A stretch of DNA of 64,000 nt from Octopus sinensis (Eukaryota): NCBI RefSeq assembly GCF_006345805.1, contig NC_042997.1, positions 10,540,001-10,604,000 on the forward strand, read 5' to 3'. A program made the position numbers and the translations under genes. The notes beneath the pieces are model-generated. The model was not told where the DNA came from. It saw only the letters and a program-made list of their open reading frames with translations, and made no database searches. Positions 10,645 through 25,871 of the stretch are shown here, piece by piece. How positions within the stretch are numbered: the stretch's first letter is position 1; the number at the start of each line of letters is the position of its first letter.

Positions 10645-11600
10645 GCTGGAAAAGTTACCTCGACAGTCGCGTCATCCTATGGAATGAAACCCTAGAGAAA
10701 TTAAAAGAATTTGAAACAAACCCCAATGGAATTACCAAAGATATACATTACCCTATTGAATATAACCATAACTAACTCATAAAGAAGGTCAAAAAATAAA
10801 TAAAGACTGACATTTCCTATAACACACCGTACTCCAAACAATATCTTCCATTCAATTCATGCCTTTCGAGACACACCAGAGTAAATGTTTCTAGTAACTT
10901 AGCCAAAAGTATTTGTGCGATAGCATTCGATGCAAATATCTGTGACGTAAGACACCAAGAACTGAAGGAAAATCTCTTTGTCGGGAATTACCAGCCAATC
11001 TTAATCGATAATGGAATACAACGAGCCAAGAAATTCAATATCCAGGAATTAAGATAAACAAGACAAAGGAAGATAATTGAAATGAAAGTCCTACCATACA
11101 TTTCCACCTACCATCCCCAAAACAATGATGCCCACAACATTATGTTCCAAACCATACCGACACTAAAAATAGACCACAGACAGAACCGAATCCTCTAATC
11201 ACATACCAAAATTGCGGAAAACTCATCTGTGGTATATGTCTTGATCTGACAGAAAAATTAGAGATCCGTTGCAGACAAGGACAACTTTTCACAATAAAAG
11301 TAATAACTTCATTTGTGCTTCTGAAAACTTAATCTATGCAATAGCACGCTCAGGATATGGAGAAATTTATATCGGACAAGCGAGAGGCTTCGTAAGACAA
11401 TACATGACTCTGCATAGATTGCAAATTATTATGCGGAAATACAAACAAATATGATCAGTGAAAGTATAAACATATACAGACAAGAATCAAGCAAAATTTA
11501 TGATTTTTATATAAATTTTGCGATTACGCAACTCGGTAACATCGCATCAACAGATGAACAGCTGTCATAACGATATACGAATCACGCTTAAATAACTGTA
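10645..11600 (+). pseudogene. Penelope-like element RT C-terminus + GIY-YIG endonuclease relic
   Basis: WKSYLDSRVILW (decayed YxDD), SKQYLPFNSCLSRHTRVNVSSNLAKSIC, VLPYISTYHP, CGKLICGIC and FICASENLIYAI...EIYIGQ...MTLHR. Several stops and frameshifts. Confidence 0.8.
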
Positions 11601-12164
11601 GTTGAGAAATGGAGCCAACTACCACCATTGTTACAGCAATCTTTGCAAAACAAATACTACCACTGACTACGCTGACAAAATAAATCAATTGCAACAGTCA
11701 CTAACATCTCTGCTGCGACTACTACTGACGGCAAACCTGTTTCTGTTTCTGTTGATAGTCATTCCCGTAACTGTTGCTACGACGATCACCATGACACAAA
11801 GCTCTCAAAAGGAAGTGAAATTTTCGCATCATATGGGTTTTAGAAGAGCATATGTGCATTCTGAATTAGTATCACGAAAGATTAATTTAATTTATTCCAA
11901 TTTATTTTGCCCATATTTCAGCATGAATAAATCCTCTATTTAATGCGATTGAAACCGATAGCATATTTTGACAAAAATGTATATACTTCCTTACATTAGT
12001 CCTTAATAAAGTTCTGTCGGAATTTTCCATTCCACATGGCAAGATCACTGTACCTTTTTTTTATCGATTTTTCTGCAATCTATAAGTCTTGTGGAGATAA
12101 AACAAGTAAAGATAGTGAAAATGAGTTAATTACAACACACTGCAAATTGTTTCTGCTATGTCGG

Positions 12165-12189
<25 letters not shown>

Positions 12190-12199
<10 letters not shown>

Positions 12200-12400
12200 C
12201 CAAACATGAAAACACAAAGAGAAAATACAACAACGCAAGGACGTGGAACAAGTATAGTGTTATTCGACGCTCAGGAAAGGAAAGAAAGAAGGAGAATTTA
12301 ACGTTTCGAGCGGAGCTCTTCGTCGGAAACATAGGAAAAGAAATATCCAAGGAAGGGTAGACGGAGGAAAACAATCGCCAACGGTACACACGCGGTCACA
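12190..12400 (-). mobile_element. Short PLE-terminus-like repeat with HHR-like motif (12296-12330) and (TA)n tail
   Basis: GUUU-CCGACGA-A-GAGC(UCC)GCUC-GAAA-CGUU/AAAU. It has a U4->C change, a 4-bp stem II and a palindromic ACGU stem III, and shares CCTGAGCGTC.AA with the 4345 family. Confidence 0.6.
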
Positions 12401-12402
12401 TA

Positions 12403-12820
12403 CATAATTATAAGAAGGGATTTGTTATAAGCCTCTCCACGCGCTAGAAATAGATACCAAAAGACGCTAATACCACCTTAAAATCTCCGAAAAATAAAAC
12501 ACGGGCTGTAGTCGAGCAAAAGAAAGATAATGAATTAAACTTTTGGTTAAACGTACACAAGATCCCATTTCAAGCTTAAGGTAAAAAAAATATACCTATT
12601 GCTATCTTCAGCAACGTTACTCCGTAGCAGCATAAATTCACTGCTATACGAAGTCGCTGCTCGTATACATATGTGTAGATACTCGTGAATTCATAATCTT
12701 TCTTTTGCTCGACTACAGCCCGTTTTTATTTTTCGGAGATTTTAAGGTGGTATTAGTGTCTTTTGGTGCCGATTTCTAGCGCGTAGAGATGCTTATAGCC
12801 AATCCCATGTTATAATTATG
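12403..12820. mobile_element. MITE with ~135-bp TIRs and TA target duplication (Tc1/mariner-like)
   Basis: TA|CATAATTATAA...TTATAATTATG|TA. Arms 12403-12536 and ~12688-12820 are reverse complements with scattered substitutions. Confidence 0.75.
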
Positions 12821-13169
12821 TATATAATTATTATGATATTTGTAAAATTTACCTACAAGGCTTTTTATTTCCTTGCTGATCCCTTGGTAAAATCACTAAT
12901 GATTTTTACCCTTTATTATAACATTTGTAAAAATTTACTCCTTGATCAAAGCTGCCCTCACTGCAGAGGTATTTTGATATACTACACGTATATGTATGTA
13001 TATGTTATCATTCATGTGCGTTAACTACATCGTTGGAGCGGTTTAGTTCTTATTTCTAGCAATGTAGGTGCTTCCTAACACCCTGGTCATATTTAGTAAC
13101 AATTATAATTATCCTTTCTGGTGAATCATTGCAGACTGTTATTTATATTAATCATATATATATATATAT

Positions 13170-15480
<2,311 letters not shown>

Positions 15481-15798
15481 GATTCATTGTAGTGATAATG
15501 TCGTTGGCGCTGCTAGAAGGAAGTTTATATAATTTCATATTGGCTAAATTGTATATCAAAAGTGTTTGAATCGATTACCTGTTTTTTGTTTTTAGCACAG
15601 TCAAAAGCAGAAGAGCAGAGTGTTAGTGAAATATATATATATAGGCGTCTTGCGGCCATGTGTCAGTGTAACATTTTGAATCTTTATGAACTAAGATGGT
15701 TGGAGGTGTTTGTTTTTAGAATTGTTTGGGTTTAGTGTTTTACGTACGACTTCTTTATTTCTACAGTGTCTATGTTTACGTGATATTATACATGACTT

Positions 15799-15965
15799 GA
15801 AGGCGGCGAAATGGCTGTATTTCGTCTGTCTTCACGTTCTGCCGAGGTCGACTTTGCCTTTCATCCTTTCGGAGTCGATAAAATATGAATCAGTTGCCCA
15901 CTGGGGTCGATGGAATCGACTTACGCCTTCCCCCAAAATTGCTGCCTTGTGCCAAAATTTGAAAT
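15799..15965 (+). mobile_element. SINE family B, internally deleted, tail type 2
   Basis: GCCGAGGTCGACTTTGCCTTTCATCCTTTCGG.GTCGATAAA core. Tail CCCCCAAAATTGCTGCCTTGTGCCAAAA as at 57284. Confidence 0.75.
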
Positions 15966-16196
15966 TGAAATTATATATGACTCAGAAATATAATCATTGT
16001 TGTAGAATTTTTTTATGTATATGTTTATATTTGTCGTGCATGGTTGTTGAAGATGTGTTTATTGCAGGAGAAATGAGGTAACTGAACAAAAGTGTACGAG
16101 AGTTGCGTATGATAGTTGTGTATGATAGTTGTAAACGACAGCTGAGGGTTCCGCAACTTGTTGCTGAACAATCTGCATTGATAATTTGTTTATCTG

Positions 16197-16776
16197 AAAC
16201 CCCCTTCGGTCACGACACAGCCCATGGGATTGCACCTAGAAAGTTACCCCGCCTCCACAGGCACAAGTCCGGGCAAGGTTTTTCATGAAAGACCAGCAGT
16301 CGCCCATGCATACCTATTTCTTTACTACCCACAAGGGGCTAAACACAGAGGGGACAAACAAGGACAGACAAACGGATTAAGTCGATTACATCGACCCCAG
16401 TGCGTAACTGGTACTTAATTTATCGACCTCGAAAGGATGAAAGGCAAAGTCAACCTCGGCGGAATTTGAACTCAGAATGTAACAGCAGACGAAATACCGC
16501 TAAGCATCTCGCCCGGCGTGCTAACGTTTCTGCCAGCTCGCCGCCTTTACCGTCCTCCCCTCTCCATGCCACCAGTGTTATCCGAGGGAAAGGCAACGGC
16601 CGATACAGCTTGGCACCTGTGACGTCGCAACTCATTTCTACAGCTGAGTGAACTGGAGCAACGTGAAATAAAGAGTTTTGCTCAAGAACACAACACGCAG
16701 CCCGGTCCGGGATTCGAGCTCACAACCCCATGATCGTAAGCTTGACGCTCTAAGCACTGAGCCATGCGCCTTCACA
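16197..16776 (-). mobile_element. tRNA-derived SINE family D, split by a SINE-B insertion (pieces 16548-16776 and 16197-16312)
   Basis: Head GGCGCATGGCTCAGTGCTTAGAGCG...GCTCGAATCCC, then CORE-like TTGAGCAA...CACTCAGCTGTAGAAATGAG. The body resumes on the other side of the insert. Confidence 0.7.
16313..16547 (-). mobile_element. tRNA-derived SINE family B, full length, tail type 1
   Basis: AAGGCGGCGAGCTGGCAGAAACGTTAGC...GAGTTCAAATTCC (A/B boxes). Matches 56345-56557. Confidence 0.85.
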
Positions 16777-17694
16777 TGTTTATAGTGATCAAATATTTCT
16801 GTACATTAGCTCACTCCCTCAAACAAATCGACATTGCCCGAGCAAGTACACGGTGTTCCACACGTCAGGTGTCGAAGTGATCGCAGTGTAACGAGCGATG
16901 CAGTGTTTTGCTCAAGAACACAACGTACTGCCCTGGTCTGGTAATCGCGAGTGCAAAACGCACGCCTAATGATTATTAAGCGCACGCTTTATCAGAATCG
17001 GGCTAACGCTGGAGAATATAAGCTGTTTGCTGATGGATACCAATACACGGCTAATAATCGAGCTAAAAAAAAATGAAAGATATTGAAGATTAGTTATGGC
17101 TGGAATATAGCTGTAGGCTACTTTTCTCTAAAGTTATCATGTCAGACATCTACAAGTCTGTTTACACCAAAATTTTTTTTTAAATAATTATATAAGATAA
17201 AATTTTAACTTAAGCAGCCTCTTTGGAAATTCTAACGGTAGTTGCCAAAGAAATGATGACGTCAGATGTGGCAGAGAACGTTATCGACATTGACAAGAAC
17301 TACCATATATTTTGAGACGTCGCCTGCGAAAATAGTATGAGATAGAGACAGAGAGTTAGAATAGTGAGAGAGGGTACTTGTTCATTTTGATGGGGTCATG
17401 TGAAAACCAAGGTTGGCTCAGAGTTGTCATGCAAGAGACCATTGTTTTCCTAGCCATCACATGAGCTTCTAACTAGTCATGTGGCTTACTAAAATTAGCA
17501 GCAAATCTTCACCAAATTACAGGCCTCTGTCTCTTAATAAACAAGCGTTGGCTAATGTGTTACTGAGTTCTCTACACAAAGGAAGAGGCTAGTTTATCTT
17601 TAGATCCGAAGCCGGATTCAACAGAAATAACCTGGAGCTAAAGAACAATATTGTTTTTGGAGCATATTGGTATTGTGTAACTTTATCTGTTGAT

Positions 17695-18170
<476 letters not shown>

Positions 18171-20576
18171 TAAAATTATTGTATTCTTTTACTGGTTTCA
18201 ATAAGCAGATTACAGCGATGTAGGCAGACAGATAGATTATATATTCGAAACCTGTGAGATATCATAGTCTACAACAGTAGAATGGTACAATTTCTAATAT
18301 CAAATCCCGAAAACATCCAAACAAAAATGTATAATAGGCTACATACTGGTTATTTTAACCAGTTCATTGCTAACATTTTTGATTTTTCTACATCAATAAC
18401 ATCAATGAGTTAGTTTACGTGTGAAGTTAGAACTTGCATTATGGTAATGAATAAACGAACGTAATGCCTTAAACGAGGAATATTATCAATATAACGGATT
18501 TCCCTTATAATGGTTTGTTCCATTATAAATTATAGACTTACGTAAATTTATCCATGAGGGCTACGCTAGAATATTAATAGTAAGAATATAGAATTTTCAT
18601 TGTTTATTTGTGATAGAGATCTGATCAAACTTATTCTGTATCGTGCATGAATGCTTTGAGCGACAAACCATGTCATTTCGACTCCCGTTTATTGAAATCT
18701 CAGTAGAATAGTGTCTCTTATAATTCTTCCTCAAACGTTCTTTAAGAAGAATATAATGTAACTGTATACAAAATAAATAGTCCCTCGGAAGCCATTTATT
18801 TTTTTATCCCTGTAATGCACGACAAATATGCCGATAAATGCTGTTTAAGTTATCGTACGTAGAAATTTTCAGACGAAACCCAATGAAAAGAAAGGTCTAT
18901 ATAATACTTAGATATTTCGCACAGTTTCTGTTACGATTAATGTATGGACGAACAGAAACAAACTTGTATGGTTTCATTTTCAGATTATACGATTGAGCGA
19001 ATTATAAATGGAGCGTTATCGTAACAAAGGTGTTTGTAAGAATGCTAGACTTTCGAATATGATAGATATATAATGGCAAGTAAAGGAAATATAACAAAGC
19101 AAAATTTAACTCCGTGCAAAGAATGAAATAGACACTGAATCTAGTATATATAGATATTAAAAAAAAATATCGTAAAAGATATATAATTGGAAAGCTGCTA
19201 ACTATCCTTAATGCATCTATTTTATGACGAGAAGACCTGTTCTTCCGGCGGAAGCTATGTTTAAGTACTGAGCACGTATGATTACAATGCTTTATGTTTT
19301 TTTCTTTCCTTTTCAGATTCATATCCTTTCAAAATAAAATATATGCCTGAAGTCTACTGAAGTTATTATGTTCCATTATTCAACTATTTGTATGATTTCA
19401 TTGTATTCTTTTATAACACTCTGATATTTCTTTATTTTCAAATGCAAACCTTTAAATTGTGGATTTCTTGTATAGCTTGTGGATAGACAGATTTCAAATG
19501 CTGATTAATCATAGATTTCTTTGTTTGCTATATATCTTTGCCTCATTCCTAATGCTATTGACACGTCCCCTTTAAGTGCCAACGGCAGACCTTCAATTTT
19601 ATTTAAACTGAATATCTATCCGATATTGATTTCTTGTTATTAGCTGCAAAATCAATATTTGCACAAGACGATTACTCCTGATCAAACTTTCTACGGTTTA
19701 TCACTCGTGCTTAATTTGTAGGCTGCAGGTAGTCGGGATAAAAGATGGATGGTGCTAAATAGTGTGAGAAACTTAATCAGGAGCTTCGCCACTTCTACCA
19801 ACTCTTTACACTCTGCCCCAATGCTATATACAATATTACCGGCTTTTTTTTTTATTAGATAATCCAATTCATGCACCATCGGAAGCGAAAGAGTGAGAAG
19901 AAATAGTAAATATTTGGTAGTTTATTTACTGATTTATATCGAATAAATAATTTAACTCATCTCAGAGTATTGATGTTATTACCACGTGATTTCGAAACAT
20001 TTTTAGATTACACGCTTATACCTACACCTATTGATGATATTAAGTAGACAGCAAGAAGGCTGTTTCTTCATGTGCAAAATTATCTCATAAAAGCATAATA
20101 TTCAATAAAAACACGTTTTAATCAAACCATATGTCACCAGAAGAATGACAACAAAACATTATAAACGTCAAAACAGACAGAACGAGAAGAATCGTTAGTG
20201 TATCTATTGATTTATTTTAGTAGAGTATGGATGCCCTGTAATTAAGATTAATCAAAGAAATGAATGTAATTGATCTAGTGTATTACTGGTATTTATTTTG
20301 TTTTCAAGGCACGTTGAAGAGTATAATCAAACTGGTACGATTTTAAGTTAGGTTTTTTTGTTTTTAAATCGGCAATAATACCGACATTTGATGGCAGCCT
20401 CTAGCATTGGACGACTGAGATTACAAATCTTGGAATCGGTAAAACATAACATAAGGAGCAAATGTGAAAAGACCACTTGCCCACGAAGAAAGGTTTACGT
20501 TGTCGCTCGGCCTCTTGTAATAGTAACCCCAATATTTCAATCACATCAAACCTTTGCGGAAAAGGACACATTAAAT

Positions 20577-22846
20577 CAGCGGTTATCAACGGCGGCGGCT
20601 CCCAAGGCCGCATGCTGCCCTCAAGCATCCTTCTGGGGGCCCTCGAATTTTTTTTTTTTAATATAATAAAAACTCCTAATTTAAAACATTTCTCATGCAT
20701 ATTTAGAAATTGTGGTACTAAAATTAATTGCTTTTGAAAAATATCAAACAGGTTCCGTCTTCAACTGAATTGCATTATTTTCTTTCATTCACTTGAACTT
20801 GCGATGATTTAGCGTAGACATTAAGATGCACACACTACACAAGAAAAGGTTATTCAGACAGACCAAACACAGAACAATAAATTAGCATTATTGATCTGCG
20901 CGTGCTATGGCTTTCGATTACCGGCGTTGGTAAAGCAAGAAGCCACTTGGTCAGCTCTTATTCATTCTTTCACCGACGCATTTATTATCCCTCACTGTCA
21001 TGGCAGAATTAACTTCAGAAGAAAGCTTGTACACTTATGCAAAAGAACCGTGCATTTCAAGCCGATTGGCAAGTAAAATATTTTGGGATTGAAAAAGACG
21101 TCAAGGCGCAACTGCCTTCTCTGTCTTGTGGTGATAAATAGTTTGAAGTCGTTTAACGTATTCTGTAGAAATTGATTGTTACGAATTCTTAAATCATTGC
21201 GCAAACAAATTTCTTCAAACATATGGGTCTAAAGATGTAACAATGGCGTCATGTAGAGTTACGTTATGGCTTGCCACATAAAGCCGTATTCGGATGGCAA
21301 AATCATGGAACAGGCTATTGTCGTGTTCACTGAAGAATGTTGTTCTAGCATTCAACAACATGCTAAAAAAAAATACTGCTCAGCAATGATTCCGTATCTC
21401 GACTAGTTGAATATATATCTAATGACCTATCAGACTAGGGGAATATTGTTTGCTACTCTGTTGTTGTTGATGGCACAAAAGACATTACTGATATAGAGTA
21501 TTTTAGCTGTGTCCACCAGGGTATTCATGCTTGACTTCCAGATTTACGGAGGATTTCTGACTTTGCGTTCAATTCATAGCTCAACAAAAGGACAGATATA
21601 TTCCATATATCCATATACTTCAACAAGTACATTTGGATCTGTCGAAGCTGTTTTTGCTTGTCGCAAATGGAGGTCCTTTTATGCTTCAACAGTAACAAAC
21701 TCTTCAAGGACTCATTGCCAGATAGTGAGCAGAGGACACTCTTTCTCCTGTGATATGACGCCACTGAGTTATACACGAGGAAAATATCATTGATAAGTCG
21801 CTGAAAATGGCCAATGTAACAGAGGCTACAATATCAATCGTAAATTGGATTCGTGCAGAAGTCGTGAACCATCGAAATTTCAAGCAGTTCCAGGCGGATA
21901 TTGATACTGACTATAGAGATGTGCTCATGCTGTTCGATGGTTAAGTCATGCCATATGCCTCAATAGGTCCTACAAACTTCTCCCAGAAATCACAGCTTTT
22001 GCTGAAGGAAAGATGATCGTCCCTCAGCTTAGCTTAGCAACAGAGAACGGATTGTTGGTTTGGCTTTCACATTGATATTTTCCCGCTCACCTTTCGACTT
22101 TGAATTGTACCTTAAAAAGTAAGGGCAAGCTTTGCCATGGATTGAACAGCACAGTGTCTCCTTTCATTAGAAAGTTTCGCCGTTGGAGGTCGCTAACCGT
22201 ACGTGGCACTACGACTAATTTCCCCTCACTTTCTAAGCACAAAGACAACAGATCATACAATTAGGGATTTGATTGGCAAATGTGAATGCCGCTTTGAGGA
22301 TATCAAAGATTCTTTGCCCTAGATAAAAATATTTTCAACACCTATGGAGATAGATGCAGCCATTGCCCCAGACGAATTTCTTTTGAAGCTCCTGGACTTG
22401 CAGTCAGATGTGGAGCTAACATCCGCATTCAAGGTTAGTCAGTTGCTTGACTTCTGGAATTGAATCTCAGAAGAAAAATATCCTAACTTGATTGCTAATG
22501 CACAGAAAAATGCCTCTGTATTTGGTTCACATATGTGTGTGAAACACTTTTCAGCAAACCGGTAGGTGTCAAAACAAAATATCACAACCGATTGATTGAC
22601 CATCATGGCAACCAGCTTTTGCGTACTGTATTTTCTACCATTGACAAATTAGTCGAAACTCGAAAGCAAGATCAAGTTTCACATTAAATTCTACTGCTCT
22701 ACTATTTTTTTGCTACGGTCTCTGTATTTAGAGCAATTTGTTTTCTTTAAATGACTTGCGTTTTACATTTTTTTATTGGTGTAAGCCTCGTAAAATAATC
22801 CAGGTTTTGGATCTAACCCGGATATTAGAAAGGTTAAGAAACAGTG
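20577..22846 (+). mobile_element. Decayed near-full-length hAT transposon (Buster/SPIN, GTF2IRD2-like transposase pseudogene ~21040-22688)
   Basis: Ends are CAGCGGTTATCAAC...GGTTAAGAAACAGTG, and the 8-bp flanks CATTAAAT/GATTAGAG match 5/8 with central TA. Translated pieces: WQVKYFGIEKD...CLLC, YSVVVDGTKDITD, FQIYGGFLTLRSIHSSTKG, IVNWIRA...HRNFKQF, LDLQSD, EEKYPNL, CETLFS, DQVSH*. Confidence 0.8.
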
Positions 22847-25784
22847 GATTAGAGAATGTACTTCGGAACCCATAATATCTAGAAAAAAGATAAATTAATC
22901 ACGACACGAAGACCTTTGTCAATTAGTCATTGGTTCGTAACTGGTCATTAGCGCTGCGTTATTTCCATAACCAAAATCTCAAATTCCGATTTTGCCTACC
23001 TGGCACTAAATATGTTTGCGATCGGTATGATTCATCCTTACAAAACTGACAAGGGTCTTATTTTCACGCAGTACTCGATTCAATCCTGCCCACAGGACGA
23101 AAACAGAATCTACCTATTATAGACAGTCTCCTTACCAGGAGAACTGTTATTCACCCGTCTGTTTAACTCTATCAAAATCAATACATAAGCACTGTCCCTG
23201 CAATTTTCATGAGATTCGGAAAAGATTAGCTAGTTTTAGTAAAATAGAAGAAAAGAGAAATACATAAGAAATCAATAATTCTCATAAATTGTACTTCTCG
23301 TTCTCTATATTTTTTTCTCTGGTGCGTAACCACTAGCGTATATTATTGTTATTCTTCTTCCAATATAATGAAAATAGCTGCCTATTGATACGAAATTTTC
23401 TTTTTTTTTTCTTCTTTTTTCCTTCCTGTTTTGAATTTTTATTATTCATTTTATTTCCTTAAATTTTATATATAATTTTCTTTCTCGTGTGTTCATTGTT
23501 TTTCTTTCATATTTTAGCATTAATTATCGAATTACTTCAATGTATATAGTTTGTTTCTCATTAGAACAAAATTTTCTTTTTCATTGTAGGAAGTCTAATT
23601 AGAGAAAATATATCTTAATTTCTACCTGTTGTCATTACTTTACTATGATTGCCATCCATCATCGATGAAACCAAAACTGTTGCTTTTAGTACAAATTTTC
23701 ATTGTTAGCAATTACATTACTGCTTGCTCTGTCTATTAGCTATTTGACAATCATTTATCATGTAATTACTTATTTATCAAGTAATTACTTGTTTGACCTA
23801 AATTGCCGGAAAGAATGGTGTCACTCATTTTACAGCATAGTACTACTTGCCTCTTCACCATCGCTGATAGCGTTTGGAAAAGTGCCAATCCAATAATACT
23901 TAAGATGTTACAATTTCAAAAATCGAAAATCAACAATTGTGTGCATTCTCACAGAGTGACTGTAGCATGTGCACTTAGGAGCAGATATTTCTTCTGGTCA
24001 ACTCAACTCAGTGACTGTCAAACGTCACTCCTGTTTACTATAATACAGGAGGACACTCCTCCAACTCTTTCTCTTTAAATCCTTCATTATTCACTCTATC
24101 CGTTTTGATTATCGCTTATATCGTAGTTATTGTCACATATTTTGAATGAAAATTATCAGTAACAATTCACTATTGATTTATTGCTTAAGCACAAAATCTT
24201 TGTTCAAAACTAACAGAATATCTATAAATGAGTCTGTGATACATTTATAATCACTGGTGCTTATTTCATTGATCTTTGAAGGATGAAAGGAAGTATTGAC
24301 TCCTTTCTAAATTTAAACTAAAACATAAAATCATCAAAATTATCTGCATGTCATAATTTTTCACCTTAATGATTTTTTCGATGTTTTTCTTTGCTACATT
24401 CACTTATTTTTTTGATGATATCTCACTTATCTTACGTTTATATTTTGCTTTGCTTAAAGTTCAACTTTTATTTGGAACTAGGATGTTATCTCTGTTCATC
24501 AGGTTTGTTATTTCATTGCACTTTCACCACATATTTGCCAATTATTTACCCTAGCCAATTATCTGTGTCATAATGATACGATCAAATGCCTTAGGGGAAT
24601 TACGAATATGTTGACAACTAGTTATTTCGTATGTTTGTAAACTGTCAACGGCACTGCACTGTTACTACGAGCAAGAAATATAATTCTTGACTGTTGGTAC
24701 ACCTAATACTAGTTATTTCAGGCTAGGATGGCCCACCAATCTAAAATGAGGTAGCACGAAAACACGAAAGCTTTTCTCACACAGTTAATTTTAATTCATA
24801 TAAAAGTTTGACTGTTGTTTAACCCCAAGGCAAACCAGATCGAGCAGACTTATGAGCAGGAAAAAATATTCCGACCATCTTATATTCAGACAATGTATCT
24901 AGCACTGTCTTTTTGAGTGTGACCTTCTTTGGTTTGTGGAAAATTTGGCTGTTTTTTTTTTCTTTTCAAGCAAGACGAACGAATACGTAGACACTTCCTA
25001 AAAAGGTCAATAACACAAGATGTTTTCTCAGGTAATAGTCACATCAAATTGTTTGAAGGCTGAATTGTTGTACTGAAGTGTATTCCTAAATCCCCAGATG
25101 TTGGAGACAGCCTATAATACAGAAGAACTCGTCTGTAAAGATTTCTGTTCGAACAGCCAAATTTGTCCCTTCCTCATATCAACGAAATTTAATAACACCT
25201 ATAAACTCACTTGGATTTTACAGATCGACGAATAGGCACTTCTTTCCATTTGCCACAGTGTTAAGGCCCCAAAAAGTAGCACCTCAGCACTTTGAACTTC
25301 GAGTGCACCACAACAATGCTTAGTGATTCATGACAACTCTTCCCGCGTTATGATGACGGGAGAACCTCCGCCATGCTGATATGTCTGACATACATTACGT
25401 TGAGAAGTTTATATTTGTAGTCAGGTAATCTAGAAGCATAGAAGATCCTCCTTCCATCATTTCTATCTTATTTTCACACCTATTTTTACAATCATTTCCA
25501 AATAACCACTTTGGGATCATTAAGAAAGCCCTGCATCTTCTTTTATCAAATTACTTCTATTTCTTGTTGAAGTGATGTCACAGTGCAACTAGCCATTCGT
25601 ATAGTTATCTATATATTGAATTTCCTCCCTACAATATTATATGAGTAGTATGGAAGAAGTCTGACTTAGTGCTTTGAGTTAGGCAATGCTCATAGGATCG
25701 TGATTTCAATAGCTAGACTGGGATGTGGGTCGCGTCCACGATCAATGAACGTTGTTACATATTGGCCCAGTCTACTAAGCTGGG

Positions 25785-25871
25785 TACTAGTGCAGCCCTA
25801 TCTTCCTCCTGCTCTTACGATTAAGCCGAGTACTAGTGCAACCCTCTCTTCCTCCTGCTCTTACGATTAAG
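25785..25871. repeat. 46-bp tandem duplication (2 copies) inside a decayed SINE-like segment
   Basis: TACTAGTGCA.CCCT.TCTTCCTCCTGCTCTTACGATTAAG occurs at 25785 and 25831. Confidence 0.85.

Noticed and set aside
19691-19879. 62-aa minus-strand ORF with protein-like composition
   Set aside because: No recognisable family and no convincing splice boundaries.
25040-25450. GC-richer segment, possibly a LINE fragment
   Set aside because: No diagnostic motif could be read with confidence.
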